Shown: piece by piece, positions 1 to 10,847 of the stretch
How the letters are laid out: each line of letters starts with the position of its first letter
How positions within the stretch are numbered: position 1 is the stretch's first letter
DNA from: an uncultured Gammaproteobacteria bacterium
Lineage (GTDB): Bacteria > Patescibacteriota > Patescibacteriia > JACQRZ01
Assembly (NCBI GenBank): GCA_964621085.1
Contig: CAZUKY010000001.1
Location: 22,951 to 86,950, forward strand
DNA: 64,000 nt
Reading direction: 5' to 3'
Notes under the pieces: model-generated
Told to the model about the DNA's origin: nothing
The model's database searches: none
The model's input: the letters and a program-made list of their open reading frames with translations, nothing else
Program-made: the position numbers and the translations under genes

Positions 1-88
1 ACTGCGATGCGATATCAACGCCCCACCCGTCAAGAACAATGAGAACAACCGGGCGGTGGGATTCATGTGTGTTCATAGTCTGGGGACT

Positions 89-1342
89 TTATGTCCCTAA
101 CTCTCGTTCAATCTCCATGAGGCGATTGTACTTCTCCACGCGTTCCGAGCGCGAGAGGCTGCCGGTTTTAATATATTCTGCGTTTGTCGCGACGGCCAAA
201 TCGGCAATCGTCGTATCGCTTGTTTCGCCTGAGCGATGCGAGATAATAACTGTGTAGCCAGCTTCCCGGGCGAGCCGTATGCAGTCGATCGTCTCAGTGA
301 TTGTGCCGATTTGATTGAGCTTTATGAGGATAGCATTCGCGGCTCCCGTGTCAATGCCTCGCTGCAGCCTTTGCGTGTTTGTCACGAAGAAGTCATCGCC
401 GACAAGCGCGATCTTTTTTCCGAGTTTTTTCGTCATTTCCCGCCAGCCATCCCAGTCGTCTTCCGCAAGGCCGTCCTCGATTGAGATGATCGGATATTTT
501 TTTATCCACGACTCCCAGAGCGCGATCATCTGAGCGCTCGTGAGAACCTTATTGTCTTTTTTAAGGTTGTAGCGGCGCTTCTTGGCATCGTACAATTCCG
601 ATGTCGCCGGATCCGTTGCGAGTGCGACATCAGTGCCAGCGCGATATCCGGCGTGCTCGATCGCCTTCATGATGACCTTGAAGGCGTCTTCGTTTTTTGG
701 AAGCGGCACGGCGTAACCACCTTCATCCCCGACAAGCGTTGAATACCCTTTCTTTTTCAGGACACTTCCCAATGCGTGAAAAATTTCCGCGCCGCAACGG
801 ACGCGGTCAGAGAATTTTTTCTGTCGCGGCACGATCATAAATTCCTGAAAGTCTAGTATCCAGCCGGCGTGCGCGCCGCCGTTTGCAATATTCATCATGG
901 GATACGGCATCCGAAAGCCATCTTCCGGAAGGCCGTACACGCGGCGGATATATCGGTACAGAGGAATGCCGACACCCGCAGCGCCCGCGTGCATGGCAGC
1001 AAGCGATACGGCCAATATCGCATTTGCGCCGAGCTTTGACTTGTTTTCCGTGCCGTCGAGCGCGATCATGCACTCGTCGATCTCGCGGTGCCATTTGCGG
1101 CCCTTAAGTGCCGGCGCGATTTTTTCATTGATATTCCTTACTGCTGTGCGTACGCCTTTGCCGCCGTATCGCTTCACGTCGCCGTCGCGCAACTCAAGCG
1201 CCTCGTGCGAACCCGTCGAGGCGCCGGACGGTACGGACGCGACCCCGACACTGCCATCGGAAAGCGTTACGCGAGCACGGACCGTCGGATTGCCGCGCGA
1301 GTCCAAAATTTCATAGCCAAACACGTCCTTGATTGATGCCAT
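89..1342 (-). CDS. eno: Enolase (phosphopyruvate hydratase)
   Basis: Translation has the enolase N-terminus ([21 protein letters not shown]) and conserved motifs along the full length. The ORF track starts at a GTG at 1363; the ATG at 1342 gives the typical N-terminus. Confidence 0.95.
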   Translation of the reverse strand: MASIKDVFGYEILDSRGNPTVRARVTLSDGSVGVASVPSGASTGSHEALELRDGDVKRYGGKGVRTAVRNINEKIAPALKGRKWHREIDECMIALDGTENKSKLGANAILAVSLAAMHAGAAGVGIPLYRYIRRVYGLPEDGFRMPYPMMNIANGGAHAGWILDFQEFMIVPRQKKFSDRVRCGAEIFHALGSVLKKKGYSTLVGDEGGYAVPLPKNEDAFKVIMKAIEHAGYRAGTDVALATDPATSELYDAKKRRYNLKKDNKVLTSAQMIALWESWIKKYPIISIEDGLAEDDWDGWREMTKKLGKKIALVGDDFFVTNTQRLQRGIDTGAANAILIKLNQIGTITETIDCIRLAREAGYTVIISHRSGETSDTTIADLAVATNAEYIKTGSLSRSERVEKYNRLMEIERELGT

Positions 1343-1359
1343 ACGAGAATACGTTCTTT

Positions 1360-2625
1360 TCACTTAGTTTTTGTGAGAAATTGAAGAACTGGCAAATTCT
1401 TGCCAGCAAGAAATTCCAGTGCAGCGCCTCCCCCGGTCGAGACGAAACTGAATTTTTTGTGCATGCGCAACTGCCTGACGGCAGCCTCGGTATCGCCGCC
1501 TCCGAGGATGGAGACTGCCTTGCTTTTTGCGATCGCGCGAGCGATATCTCTCGTTCCATCGCGGTACGGTGGCGCCTCGGTATAGCCAAGAGGCCCGTTC
1601 CAAAAGACCGTTCGCGCCTGCGCGACAATCCGTCCGTACAATTCACGGGTTCGCGGGCCGATATCCAGATACATCCAGGTTCCATGAATATGCTCAAGGG
1701 GATTTTCGAGCGATATGTCCTCGTATGTCGCCGTCGGTTCAAGCGATGAGGCTGCGCGAAGGTCGATCGGCAGGACGAGTTTTGGAATATTGAGGCCGGC
1801 ACCGAGATTTACGTACGTATCTTTTGTTTTTTGCATAATCGAATCAGCGATCTCGTAAATCCGCTGCCGCTGGCGCTTTTGCCCGCGCGCCGCATCTTCG
1901 ACAAGCGAACGTCCGATCTTAATCCCCTTTGCTTTCAAAAAATTATGCGCCATCGCTCCGCCGATAAGAATAACATCCGCGATGCCAAGCAGGTTTTGAA
2001 GCGTCTCGATCTTATCAGACATCTTTGCGCCGCCCATGATGACGACAAAAGGACATTTGGGCTTGTGGAGAAGCGCGTCAAGCGCGGCGATTTCTTTTTC
2101 CATGCTCAGGCCCGCAACGGACGGCAGGTGCGAGAGGATGCCGGTTGTCGACGGATAGTCGCGATGGCTTTGCGCAAAAGCGTCAAATACGACGCAGTCG
2201 GCAAAGGCCGATAGTTTTTTTGCAAACTCGGCTTTTCCCGCCTCCTCTTCCGGGAAAAATCTGACGTTCTCGAGCATGACGATGTCGCCGCCTTTCATCT
2301 TTGAGACGGCCAGCTCGACACCCGGACCCGCAACGGCATCGAGTTTTTTGACGGGTTTGGCTATCAGTTCCGAAAGGCGGCGCGCGACTGGTTCGATACG
2401 ATACTGTTCGGAATATTTTCCTCCCGGCCTGCCCAGCCACGTCAGGATGATCACTCTGCACTTATTTCGAAGAAGGATTTTCAACGATGGAAGACTCGCC
2501 TTTATTCGCGAGTCATCCGCTACTGTCCACTTCCCGTGCAACTGCACAAGCGGCACGTCGTAGGCAACCCGAAACAGCACGCGCTTTTCGCGCAGATCGA
2601 TGTCTTTGAGGTTCTTCAGTTTCAT
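1360..2625 (-). CDS. pgk: Phosphoglycerate kinase
   Basis: 421-aa translation is PGK-like along its length (N-terminal RVDFNVP-like region, hinge and C-terminal Gly-rich nucleotide-binding motifs). It ends with a TGA stop, showing TGA is a genuine stop in this genome. Confidence 0.95.
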   Translation of the reverse strand: MKLKNLKDIDLREKRVLFRVAYDVPLVQLHGKWTVADDSRIKASLPSLKILLRNKCRVIILTWLGRPGGKYSEQYRIEPVARRLSELIAKPVKKLDAVAGPGVELAVSKMKGGDIVMLENVRFFPEEEAGKAEFAKKLSAFADCVVFDAFAQSHRDYPSTTGILSHLPSVAGLSMEKEIAALDALLHKPKCPFVVIMGGAKMSDKIETLQNLLGIADVILIGGAMAHNFLKAKGIKIGRSLVEDAARGQKRQRQRIYEIADSIMQKTKDTYVNLGAGLNIPKLVLPIDLRAASSLEPTATYEDISLENPLEHIHGTWMYLDIGPRTRELYGRIVAQARTVFWNGPLGYTEAPPYRDGTRDIARAIAKSKAVSILGGGDTEAAVRQLRMHKKFSFVSTGGGAALEFLAGKNLPVLQFLTKTK

Positions 2626-2639
2626 GGAAAACGGCGGTC

Positions 2640-3650
2640 TTATTTCTTTGCGACATGCAACGCCATCTCAACGAGACGGTTCGAGTACCCCCACTCGTTG
2701 TCGTACCAGGCGACGATTTTGACCAGGTTGCCGCCGACAACTTTGGTGAGCGAGGCGTCAACAATTGCCGAGTACGGACTCCCAATGTAATCGCTTGAGA
2801 CGAGCGGCTTATCTGAGACCGCCATGATGCGCTTATAGCGCGCCGTCCGAACAGCTTTTTTAAGGACCGCATTGACTGCCTCGGCAGTCATATTTTTTTT
2901 CAGAAGAAAGACAAAATCAGTCAGCGAGACATCGGGCACGGGAACGCGCACTGCCATGCCGTCAAAGAGTCCTTTAAGCTTTGGAATGACTTCAGTGGTC
3001 GCGATAGCTGCTCCGGTGGATGTCGGGATGATATTTTGATACGCGTTGCGCGCACGGCGCAGGTCCCCTTTTTTGAGTCCCGGCGGTGGCGCGTCGACGA
3101 TGTTCTGCTCAGCCGTTACCGCATGAACCGTCGTCATAAGCGCCTTCTGGATGCCACAGGCCTCCTGAATAACCGCGGCAACGGGCGAGATGCAGTTCGT
3201 TGTGCACGAGGCGTTGTTGATAATCTTTTCGCCTTTGTACTTCTGCTCATTCACGCCCATCACGAATGTTGGTACGCCCTTTGCCGGCGCCGAAATCACC
3301 ACTTTTTTCGCTCCGGCGGTCAGATGCTGTTTTGCGGCATCCGCATTCGTGAATCTGCCGGTACACTCCAGGACAACGTCTACGCCAAGCTCTTTCCACG
3401 GAAGTTGCGTCGGATCCTTTTCGGCCAAAACTCGAATGACGCTGCCGTCCACATGAATATTTCCGCCTTTCACTGAGACCTTGTGCGCAAACTCGCGAAA
3501 AACCGTATCGTATTGAAGTAAGTGCGCAAGCGTTTCAGGATCCGTGAGATCGTTCACGGCAACAAACTCGATCTTTTTATTATCAAATCCGGCCTTGAAT
3601 GCGTTCCGGCCAATACGGCCGAAACCGTTGATCGCGATGCGAATTGGCAT
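2640..3650 (-). CDS. gap: Glyceraldehyde-3-phosphate dehydrogenase
   Basis: MPIRIAINGFGRIGR Rossmann N-terminus and the catalytic SCTTNC motif. Probable start is the ATG at 3650, inside the longer ORF-track frame. Confidence 0.95.
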   Translation of the reverse strand: MPIRIAINGFGRIGRNAFKAGFDNKKIEFVAVNDLTDPETLAHLLQYDTVFREFAHKVSVKGGNIHVDGSVIRVLAEKDPTQLPWKELGVDVVLECTGRFTNADAAKQHLTAGAKKVVISAPAKGVPTFVMGVNEQKYKGEKIINNASCTTNCISPVAAVIQEACGIQKALMTTVHAVTAEQNIVDAPPPGLKKGDLRRARNAYQNIIPTSTGAAIATTEVIPKLKGLFDGMAVRVPVPDVSLTDFVFLLKKNMTAEAVNAVLKKAVRTARYKRIMAVSDKPLVSSDYIGSPYSAIVDASLTKVVGGNLVKIVAWYDNEWGYSNRLVEMALHVAKK

Positions 3651-3818
3651 ACGATTAAAAAAATGAGTGCAGATTCTAAGCATCAGTATAGCGCATACAG
3701 AACAGATCGGTAAGTCGAGCGCCCTGCATAAATAGAAACGGCCGCCCTATACAGGGAGGCCGAGACGGCTGCGCTGAAATGCACGCAGCTAGGAAAGCGT
3801 TACTGTGAAAGCGACGGA

Positions 3819-5426
3819 TCAGGTCGAAAGGAACGTTTTCCTGCCGCCTCGGTGGTGCTCGAGCGCCAGGAGGAGGTTTGGGTTGCAATCCGACGAGGCG
3901 CACGAGTACACGCGGTACAGCCAGTCGAAACGGCCGAGCGATGTCAGGAAGGCCGCGCGGCCCGGGTAGGCATCCTCGAATGACGCGATCGCGGTTTTGC
4001 TTTTTTGAACCAAAAACCGCGTCGCAGGCTTGATGGGGCGAAATTCTTCGACAAAGGCGATCTCTCGTCCTGATGTAAGGAGTTCTCGTTCTGCGACCTT
4101 TGCCTCCTCAATGGTCGCAAAGCACAATACGCGCGCGTCATGAAAATCCTTTGGATCGGCAGTACGGAACCATGAACACCCCTCACCGAAAAGAAAGCGG
4201 CACAGCTCCGCTTCAAGCCGCTTATCTCCCCAGATGAGAAGCTGGTCAGCAGTGACGCGACCGGCGTCATAGAGGTATTGCAGCACACGCGCCATAAGCC
4301 GCTCAAAAAACTGTGACGCCTCATGTTGATAGAGGCCGCGGAACATAAGCATCCGCAGAAGCAGGAAGTCGAAGAGCCACTCCGGATCTTGGAACACCGG
4401 GCGCTGTTCCCCATCAACCGCCATAATACGGACGGTATCCCATAACAAAAAGATATCAGGCCGGCGAACCAAGATATCCCTCACGCGATGATAATAAGAA
4501 TCCTCGCTCAATGGGCCATACGGCCGATAACGGGAAAGATACTCGTTCGCATCCCGCGCGACATAGGAGAGCTTGTCCGCAATATCGTGGAGTTCGCCAA
4601 ATACGCCCACACCTTGCACGATTGAAGTAAGCGTCTCGGGCGAGAAACCGCGGCGTTCGCAGAACCGACGGCAGTCAGTGGCGCTGAAGAGCGTCCCAAA
4701 CATTGCGTCCTCATCGAATGCCGTCTCGTCGACTCGCTTTGTCCCGTCGCCGTGCGCGGGCGTGAGCGTATCGTGCAAGAAGGATGCGACGCGCGCCACG
4801 TTTGTCAGTGATCTTGGAACACGGTTGCGCTGACATAGCAGAAGCATCGCTTGAGATACATCCAGGACGTGCTCATAGCGCGTATGGCCGAACCCCCAGT
4901 AATCCGGCTCGATCACACCGTTGATCATCCGCGGCGCCTGCAGATTGGCGAGCTGCCGTATCTGCTGGAGTCTTCCCAGATTAAATGTCCGCCATGCGTC
5001 CTCAAGGACTCCGCCTTCAAAGAATACGTACGCAGAATCCGTCAGGGCAAAATATCCTACAATATGGAACTGCTCGCGATTGCCCCGAATCATCTCCTCA
5101 AAACGGATCATCCGCTGCACCGCGTCCGGGAGCATATTGACCCACTCCGGTTCGCCCCCTCGTTCTCCGTAGAACGGGAATGATCCGATATACGCACGGT
5201 TCAGCATGTCGGCCGCGAACTGCATGACCGTCGGCCAGGCGCAATCCTTCACGGCATCCTGCAAATGATCGACCATTTCTTCTGGCAAGATCCGCCGCAA
5301 GACACCCGAATTCCAAAGGTGCCCCATTGCCGCAATGACATCGGGGTGAGCGGGATGCCATTCCCGCGGCTGAAACTCGACATCTTCGTAGGAATACCCA
5401 TGCGTTCGGAATGCATGTGCGCGCAC
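3819..5426 (-). CDS. Large hypothetical protein with possible HD-domain-like motifs (TRYEHVLDVSQ ... FLHDT)
   Basis: 535-aa ORF. The spacing of H...HD resembles HD phosphohydrolase motifs I and II, but no further confirmation is possible by eye. Confidence 0.35.
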   Translation of the reverse strand: MRAHAFRTHGYSYEDVEFQPREWHPAHPDVIAAMGHLWNSGVLRRILPEEMVDHLQDAVKDCAWPTVMQFAADMLNRAYIGSFPFYGERGGEPEWVNMLPDAVQRMIRFEEMIRGNREQFHIVGYFALTDSAYVFFEGGVLEDAWRTFNLGRLQQIRQLANLQAPRMINGVIEPDYWGFGHTRYEHVLDVSQAMLLLCQRNRVPRSLTNVARVASFLHDTLTPAHGDGTKRVDETAFDEDAMFGTLFSATDCRRFCERRGFSPETLTSIVQGVGVFGELHDIADKLSYVARDANEYLSRYRPYGPLSEDSYYHRVRDILVRRPDIFLLWDTVRIMAVDGEQRPVFQDPEWLFDFLLLRMLMFRGLYQHEASQFFERLMARVLQYLYDAGRVTADQLLIWGDKRLEAELCRFLFGEGCSWFRTADPKDFHDARVLCFATIEEAKVAERELLTSGREIAFVEEFRPIKPATRFLVQKSKTAIASFEDAYPGRAAFLTSLGRFDWLYRVYSCASSDCNPNLLLALEHHRGGRKTFLST

Positions 5427-5527
5427 TATTTCACCTCCTTTCTGCGCGAATCTCTCGATTCAAAGGACCAAGGACGACTCTGCCAGAATCCTACGGTACT
5501 GTCAACCATCAAATAAGGAAATACAAA

Positions 5528-5558
5528 AAACAGGGCGTATCGCCCTGTTTTCAAAAAA
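5528..5558. terminator. Bidirectional rho-independent terminator downstream of tsf
   Basis: Hairpin CAGGGCG-TAT-CGCCCTG flanked by an A-run and a T-run, immediately 3' of the tsf stop at 5566. Confidence 0.6.
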
Positions 5559-5565
5559 ATCGCGT

Positions 5566-6150
5566 TTACAGCGCAAACCGGCAAAACCGACGAATCTGGA
5601 TATTCTCGCCGATTTTTCCGATCTGCTGGTTCAGAAGATCTTCCATCGTAAGCGAGTCGTCCTTGATGAATTTCTGCTTTAACAGACAGACTTCCTCGTA
5701 ATATTTCGCAAGCTTGCCCTGAATGATCTTTGTCTTGATCTCTTCCGGCTTGTTGTCGCCTGCCATCTGCTCTTTATAAATCTCGATCTCCTTTTCGACG
5801 ATCTCTGTGGCAATATCTTCGGGACGGAGGTAGAGCGGATTCGTCGCCGCGATCTGAAGGGCCACATCATGGGCGAATTCGCGAAATCCCTCGTTGCGCG
5901 CGACGAAATCAGTTTCGCACAACACCTCGACAAGAACACCGACCTTGCCGTTTCCATGGATATAGGACTGTACGACGCCTTCGTTGGTGACCCGCTCCTG
6001 TTTTGCCGCTGCTACTTTTTGGCCTCGCTTGCGAAGTAGGTCAAGAGCCGCGTCAAAGCTGCCGCCCGCCTCTTCGAGCGCGTTCCGGCAGTCAACGATC
6101 CCGGCTCCGGTCACCTCGCGAAGCTTCATGATATCTTTTGCGTCTGGCAT
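5566..6150 (-). CDS. tsf: Elongation factor Ts (short form)
   Basis: N-terminal UBA-like LREVTGAGIVDCRNAL and EF-Ts core motifs; 194 aa. Confidence 0.9.
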   Translation of the reverse strand: MPDAKDIMKLREVTGAGIVDCRNALEEAGGSFDAALDLLRKRGQKVAAAKQERVTNEGVVQSYIHGNGKVGVLVEVLCETDFVARNEGFREFAHDVALQIAATNPLYLRPEDIATEIVEKEIEIYKEQMAGDNKPEEIKTKIIQGKLAKYYEEVCLLKQKFIKDDSLTMEDLLNQQIGKIGENIQIRRFCRFAL

Positions 6151-6198
6151 AGGGTTTGATGATCTTACGTAAGAAATAGCGAATGGTACGAAGCGCCT

Positions 6199-6972
6199 TT
6201 ACTCGGCCTGCTGCGTCTCTGACGGGGTTTCTGATGCCGTTTCAGATGATGCGGCATGCGGAGCGGTGATTGCAGGCTCTGCTGCTTTTCTACTGCGTCC
6301 TTCGTTGATCGCCGCTGCCACAAGAGTCGTAATCATTTCGATCGACTTGACGGCATCGTCGTTTGCAGGGATTGGATAGTCTGCAGCATCGGGGTTGACA
6401 TTCGTATCAGTGAGCGCAATCACGGGAATGCCTCTTTTTCGCGCTTCCGAAAGCGGTGTCTTCTCTTTTTTCAGGTCGAGGATAAAAATGGCATCGGGGA
6501 GCTTTGCCATATCTTGAATACCGCCGATCGCCTCTTCAAGCTCTTCAATCTCCCGAGAAAGATCTAACTGCTCTTTTTTCGTATACTTGGAAGCCTCGCC
6601 TGTCTCGATCATCTCCTTGTTCTTCTTGTATTTCTTGATCATCTTTGAAATAACGGAAAAATTCGTCAGCGTCCCGCCGAGCCAGCGGCCGTTCACATAC
6701 GGCATTCCGCAGCTTTCCGCAGCTTTTTTGATATACTCCCGCGCCTGACGCTTCGTTCCGACAAAAAGAATGACACCGCCTTTTTGCGCAACGGCCGCGG
6801 CATACTCAAGAGCGGCCGGAAGACACTCAAGCGTCTTTTGGAGATCGATGATGCTGATCTCGTTTTTCGTCGTAAAAATAAACGGCGCCATTTTGGGATG
6901 GCGTTTGGATCGCTTGTGACCGAAATGCACGCCGCACTTCAGCATATCGACAAGCGTCGGTAAGCTTGGCAT
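6199..6972 (-). CDS. rpsB: 30S ribosomal protein S2
   Basis: GVHFGHKRSKRHPKM and the S2 core. Classic tsf-rpsB adjacency. Probable start at MPSLPTLVD (6972). Confidence 0.9.
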   Translation of the reverse strand: MPSLPTLVDMLKCGVHFGHKRSKRHPKMAPFIFTTKNEISIIDLQKTLECLPAALEYAAAVAQKGGVILFVGTKRQAREYIKKAAESCGMPYVNGRWLGGTLTNFSVISKMIKKYKKNKEMIETGEASKYTKKEQLDLSREIEELEEAIGGIQDMAKLPDAIFILDLKKEKTPLSEARKRGIPVIALTDTNVNPDAADYPIPANDDAVKSIEMITTLVAAAINEGRSRKAAEPAITAPHAASSETASETPSETQQAE

Positions 6973-7202
6973 ATTGCATGCTCCTTTCCTTCCCGCGCAT
7001 CTTTGAGATGCTTTAGGGAATGCCCTCCGCTTTCCGCCGCCAACCATGAGGGTGGCTAAGGAGTAGTGAAAGCGTGAGATTTTTAATGATAAATTGCGAA
7101 TAGGAACGATTATACCACCTTTGTAAAAAGGTGCAATACCTGGCTTATAAAAACAAAAGAAGCCCGGGTGCCTTCACGCACGCGGGCTATCTGCTTCATC
7201 GA

Positions 7203-8210
7203 CTAGAACGCCGAGTAGCTCCAATCCCGAATTACCTCAGAGGGTACATGGCGGCGATGGGTTACAAAAATCCGCTGACGCCGTTCCGTATTACCGTTCT
7301 GCATAATCTCACACAGGAGCTGGTCCGGATAGTGGTACCGCTTCGCGGTACTTAGGGAGTCGCTGGCGGATTGCGCCGCCTCTACGTCGCCAAGCGGGAC
7401 GCGACCCGTCCATTGCGGCGGCATGCGATGCATATCGCTCCTTCGCATGATCTTGTACTCATGAAACGCATTATCCGGAAAAATTCGCAGTGACGGCCCG
7501 GGCCGTTCCGGAAAGAGCGATTTGGTATGGGAGTCCTCGTCAAAGACCGCCACCCAGTCGGCATGCACGATCGTTGTCCCATCAGCGCTGACTGCGACAG
7601 CCCGACGATAGTCGTCCAGGGCCGACTGGCGGATGTGCTCGATCCGTTCCGCTAATGCCCAGCACAGGTAGCTCCGAGCCTCCCGCCATTGGCGCACGTT
7701 GCGCTCCCAGTGTGTCAAGAGCATATCGGCTGCAACCCGGTGGTCGGGGTACGCCAGTTGCGTGTCATCATCATCCCCTTCGCCGAAACACTCATCGTAA
7801 AAAGCGAGGAACGCGGATGACCGCACGCGAATGACATGTCCGTGTCGCTCGGTGAAAAAAACGTGCGGCCGCTGCTTCAGAGAAGTCACAAGCTGAAAGA
7901 GATCCGATCGGATTGGAATCCGATCATACTCATCCGAGAGCGACAAGAGCGGTCGGAACACCTCTTCCAGATTACAGGCGCGGAGGCACTCTGCCCAGTC
8001 AACCCCTTGTCTGTCCGGTTGTTTCGCCGTCTTTTGCTTCTCGAGGAATTCCTCGATATCAGGCCTGCCGAATGACGGCCGTTCACTAAAGCGCGTCCGA
8101 ACAAAGGCACCCGGGCGTGCGTCCAAGCACTTCAACTCACTCAGCTCCATAAACAACTCCTCTCGGATGTGTACGAGGGTGTCTAGTCCTCGCACAAGAG
8201 CTTTCCACAC
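7203..8210 (-). CDS. Hypothetical protein
   Basis: 335-aa ORF in a modestly GC-elevated block; an acidic DDDD run; no recognisable domain. Confidence 0.4.
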   Translation of the reverse strand: MWKALVRGLDTLVHIREELFMELSELKCLDARPGAFVRTRFSERPSFGRPDIEEFLEKQKTAKQPDRQGVDWAECLRACNLEEVFRPLLSLSDEYDRIPIRSDLFQLVTSLKQRPHVFFTERHGHVIRVRSSAFLAFYDECFGEGDDDDTQLAYPDHRVAADMLLTHWERNVRQWREARSYLCWALAERIEHIRQSALDDYRRAVAVSADGTTIVHADWVAVFDEDSHTKSLFPERPGPSLRIFPDNAFHEYKIMRRSDMHRMPPQWTGRVPLGDVEAAQSASDSLSTAKRYHYPDQLLCEIMQNGNTERRQRIFVTHRRHVPSEVIRDWSYSAF

Positions 8211-8273
8211 CTATCCTAGCACCGATCGGACGCATGACAAGGTCGCGCTCTCTGGAGACTCGGGCGTTCCCTG

Positions 8274-8849
8274 TTGACACAAGACAGACGCCATGGCAAC
8301 CTGGTCAGCGAAACGGATGAAGTGAGGGAGGTGCCAATCGTGCCGCGACGGAAGAGAAACGATAATCAACGCGGATTGCAGACCTGCAAGTTCTGCCTCG
8401 AGTGCGAGCAATGGCGGCCCATTCGGACGGACTACCACATGGATCGGGCGAAGAGTGATGGCATGCGGCCTTACTGCAAGATGTGCTCGAGTTCCAGGTC
8501 CCCGAAGGTAGGCGCGCCGAAACGAGCGCGGGCAGAGCATGAAAAAGGCCTTCAAACCTGCAAGTACTGCCTCGAGTGCGGTCAGTGGCGTCCGATCGAT
8601 ATGATCTACACCGATCGGAAGTCGGCCGACGGCCTCAGCGCCTACTGCACGCCATGCAAAAAGAAGCAGCCCCGCTACGTGTCTGCACCGCGAAAGAGCG
8701 AGCGGATCGTCGAGGCAAAATGGTGCCATGACTGCAAACTGTGGCATCCCACAAGCGAGTTCGGCCCGGCATCCAAGTACTCGCGCAAGCGTTACGCGGA
8801 CGCATGCAAGCGTTCGCAGAAAAAGCAACCAGCAAAGCGCACTGCGTAA
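8274..8849 (+). CDS. Cys-rich protein with three tandem CxxC...CxxC zinc-ribbon-like repeats
   Basis: Repeats GLQTCKFCLEC..QWRPI...YCKMC, then GLQTCKYCLECGQWRPI...YCTPC, then a degenerate third repeat CHDCKLW...ADACKRS. Probable true start is the GTG near 8348, preceded by a GGAGG SD. A terminator follows the gene. Confidence 0.5.
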   Translation: MTQDRRHGNLVSETDEVREVPIVPRRKRNDNQRGLQTCKFCLECEQWRPIRTDYHMDRAKSDGMRPYCKMCSSSRSPKVGAPKRARAEHEKGLQTCKYCLECGQWRPIDMIYTDRKSADGLSAYCTPCKKKQPRYVSAPRKSERIVEAKWCHDCKLWHPTSEFGPASKYSRKRYADACKRSQKKQPAKRTA

Positions 8850-8877
8850 CGCCCTCCATTGCCCTCCTTCAGCCGAT

Positions 8878-8915
8878 CAAGCCGCCTCCGCGTATGCGTT
8901 TGGCGGCGATCTTTT
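8878..8915 (+). terminator. Rho-independent terminator after the Cys-repeat gene
   Basis: GCCGCC ... GGCGGC stem followed by GATCTTTTTT. Confidence 0.5.
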
Positions 8916-8939
8916 TTAAAGATATGCGCACGCTTGATG

Positions 8940-9722
8940 TTAAAACCGCGGTTCGAAGCTGTGGATCTCAAAAACCCGCTCAATCTCGCGAAGCTGTTCC
9001 GGTGAATTGATGCCCAATCCTTCCCGCGGGTCATCGATCCGATATGAACCGACAGCTTTGTTGTCATAGGCCGCAAGGGCAACCAAGTCGGTCAGGTAAT
9101 ACTCGCCGTTGGCAGGATTGGGGGTAAGGTATGGAATCACTGACTCAAGCCAGGTGCGGGAAAAGCAGTAGTAGCCGGGATTGACCTCTGCAATCGCCCG
9201 CTGCTCGTGGGTAGCATGCCGCGCCTCGACAATCCCCTCGATCTGTCCATCCCCATCTCGGAGAACGCGTCCGAAGTCGCGAAAGGTCGAACGCCAGCCC
9301 AAAAAATCGGTCACCGTAACGGTCGCGAGCGTCATTGGATACCCCGTTGCCTGGTGCACCCGAAAAAGCGACGCGATGGTGCGTCCCGTAACGAGCGGAT
9401 GATCGCCGTTAAGAACTAAAATATCGTCACATGACGGTAGTTGCTGCAGAGCTTCGCGAACCGCGTGGCCGGTTCCGAGCTGCTCTTTTTGGTATATGTA
9501 GTCGAAATAGGGCCCCAGCTCATCGACAATCTGCTCTCCCATATGTCCGACCATAATGTGCGGATCCACGCCAAGGTCCGCCTGTACCACCGCATCGAGA
9601 ATCCACGTAATCAGCGGCCGTCCGCCGAACGAGATAAGAGGCTTTGGAAGAAAAAGACTGCGCATGCGCGTCCCCTTTCCCGCCGCAAGGATGACGACTG
9701 CAACTTTCCGCTCCGTATGCAT
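8940..9722 (-). CDS. Sugar-phosphate nucleotidyltransferase (GlmU N-terminal-domain-like; no acetyltransferase domain)
   Basis: VVILAAGKGTRM signature near the N-terminus and a GT-A nucleotidyltransferase fold pattern; 260 aa. Confidence 0.7.
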   Translation of the reverse strand: MHTERKVAVVILAAGKGTRMRSLFLPKPLISFGGRPLITWILDAVVQADLGVDPHIMVGHMGEQIVDELGPYFDYIYQKEQLGTGHAVREALQQLPSCDDILVLNGDHPLVTGRTIASLFRVHQATGYPMTLATVTVTDFLGWRSTFRDFGRVLRDGDGQIEGIVEARHATHEQRAIAEVNPGYYCFSRTWLESVIPYLTPNPANGEYYLTDLVALAAYDNKAVGSYRIDDPREGLGINSPEQLREIERVFEIHSFEPRF

Positions 9723-9844
9723 AGGCCACAGGTTAAAGAAGTTCTGCCATTATCGACGGATGAGGAACGGTTTGATTACAGTAGTGAAGCATTAAAAAAA
9801 ATAGGCCATCCCTATGATCAAGGACGGCCATCGCATCACCGCTC

Positions 9845-10714
9845 TCAACGCGCGAATAAGGCGATAGAGATAAGAACACTACCTATGATACACATGCCGT
9901 TTCCGGCAATCCGGAGAACTCCAAGCTGACTCTTGAAAATCACCTTATCAGCTGCAAGCGCACCAAGCGACGAAAACGTATCCTTGACGGCGAGAACGTA
10001 TCCGGGATTCGCCGCGAGAGCCATTGCCGCATATTGGCAGAGATACGATATTCCGCCGATGGTACCAATTGCGGTGTTTATACCGATGTGTTCTGCGGAT
10101 GTTCGCCGCGAAAAGCATTCCCGGACAAAGAAGGCAATCACTGCGGACAGGCCGACGTATCCCAGCGCGAATACACTGACATTACCAGCTGCAGCAACGC
10201 CTTCTTTTTGAAGAACCGAGGTGATACTCCACAAAGAAATCACAACTCCGATGAAAAGCGCGTCCCGTACGCGGAACGGTATTCCGGCGTGTTCGCGTTC
10301 ACTGCCAAGAAGGACAAGGCCAAGACAAACAGTAGTAATTCCGATGAAGGCCGATATGGGCAGCGGCCCCCCTTTTGCCATAACGTACAGCAAAAAAGTC
10401 GCAACTCCAGTCAGGCGAAGAAATGGCATAATGCGCGATAACGGGTGTGCTGCAATCAGAAGTCCGTAGACATACTGAGCGATCAGCTCCGCAACGACCA
10501 TTGCCGAAAGAATCACTGCAAGGCTCCCGATATTCGAGACTTCCCACGGATGACCCTGACTCAGCCAAAAGAGCATCAGCGCTGGCAGCGCCCAAAGATA
10601 GTTTGCGCAGAGCGTTGCCCATGAATCACCGTTCCGGTGCAGCGATATGCGGATTGCTGCAGACTTTGCTGCGTGCAGAGATCCGCACGCGGAAGCGAAA
10701 AGTTCCCACGGCAT
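9845..10714 (-). CDS. Integral membrane protein, DMT/EamA-like transporter candidate
   Basis: 289 aa with about 8-10 hydrophobic segments in two halves. Confidence 0.4.
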   Translation of the reverse strand: MPWELFASACGSLHAAKSAAIRISLHRNGDSWATLCANYLWALPALMLFWLSQGHPWEVSNIGSLAVILSAMVVAELIAQYVYGLLIAAHPLSRIMPFLRLTGVATFLLYVMAKGGPLPISAFIGITTVCLGLVLLGSEREHAGIPFRVRDALFIGVVISLWSITSVLQKEGVAAAGNVSVFALGYVGLSAVIAFFVRECFSRRTSAEHIGINTAIGTIGGISYLCQYAAMALAANPGYVLAVKDTFSSLGALAADKVIFKSQLGVLRIAGNGMCIIGSVLISIALFAR

Positions 10715-10847
10715 CGCGATCTCCCTTCACATCGTCTCGCCTTAAGGCCCGCTGAACAGTATCAATGGTCGTCGCGCGCGTCAAGTCTTGACAATACCGG
10801 AAGAGTATCCTTAAATCCTCATCGAACCCATTCCGGATGGGTTTATA

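Noticed and set aside
8211-8828. 205-aa minus-strand ORF overlapping the Cys-repeat gene
   Set aside because: It is antisense to an ORF with clear internal repeat structure, an SD/GTG start and a downstream terminator. Its own translation is featureless and Ala/Arg/Leu-rich.
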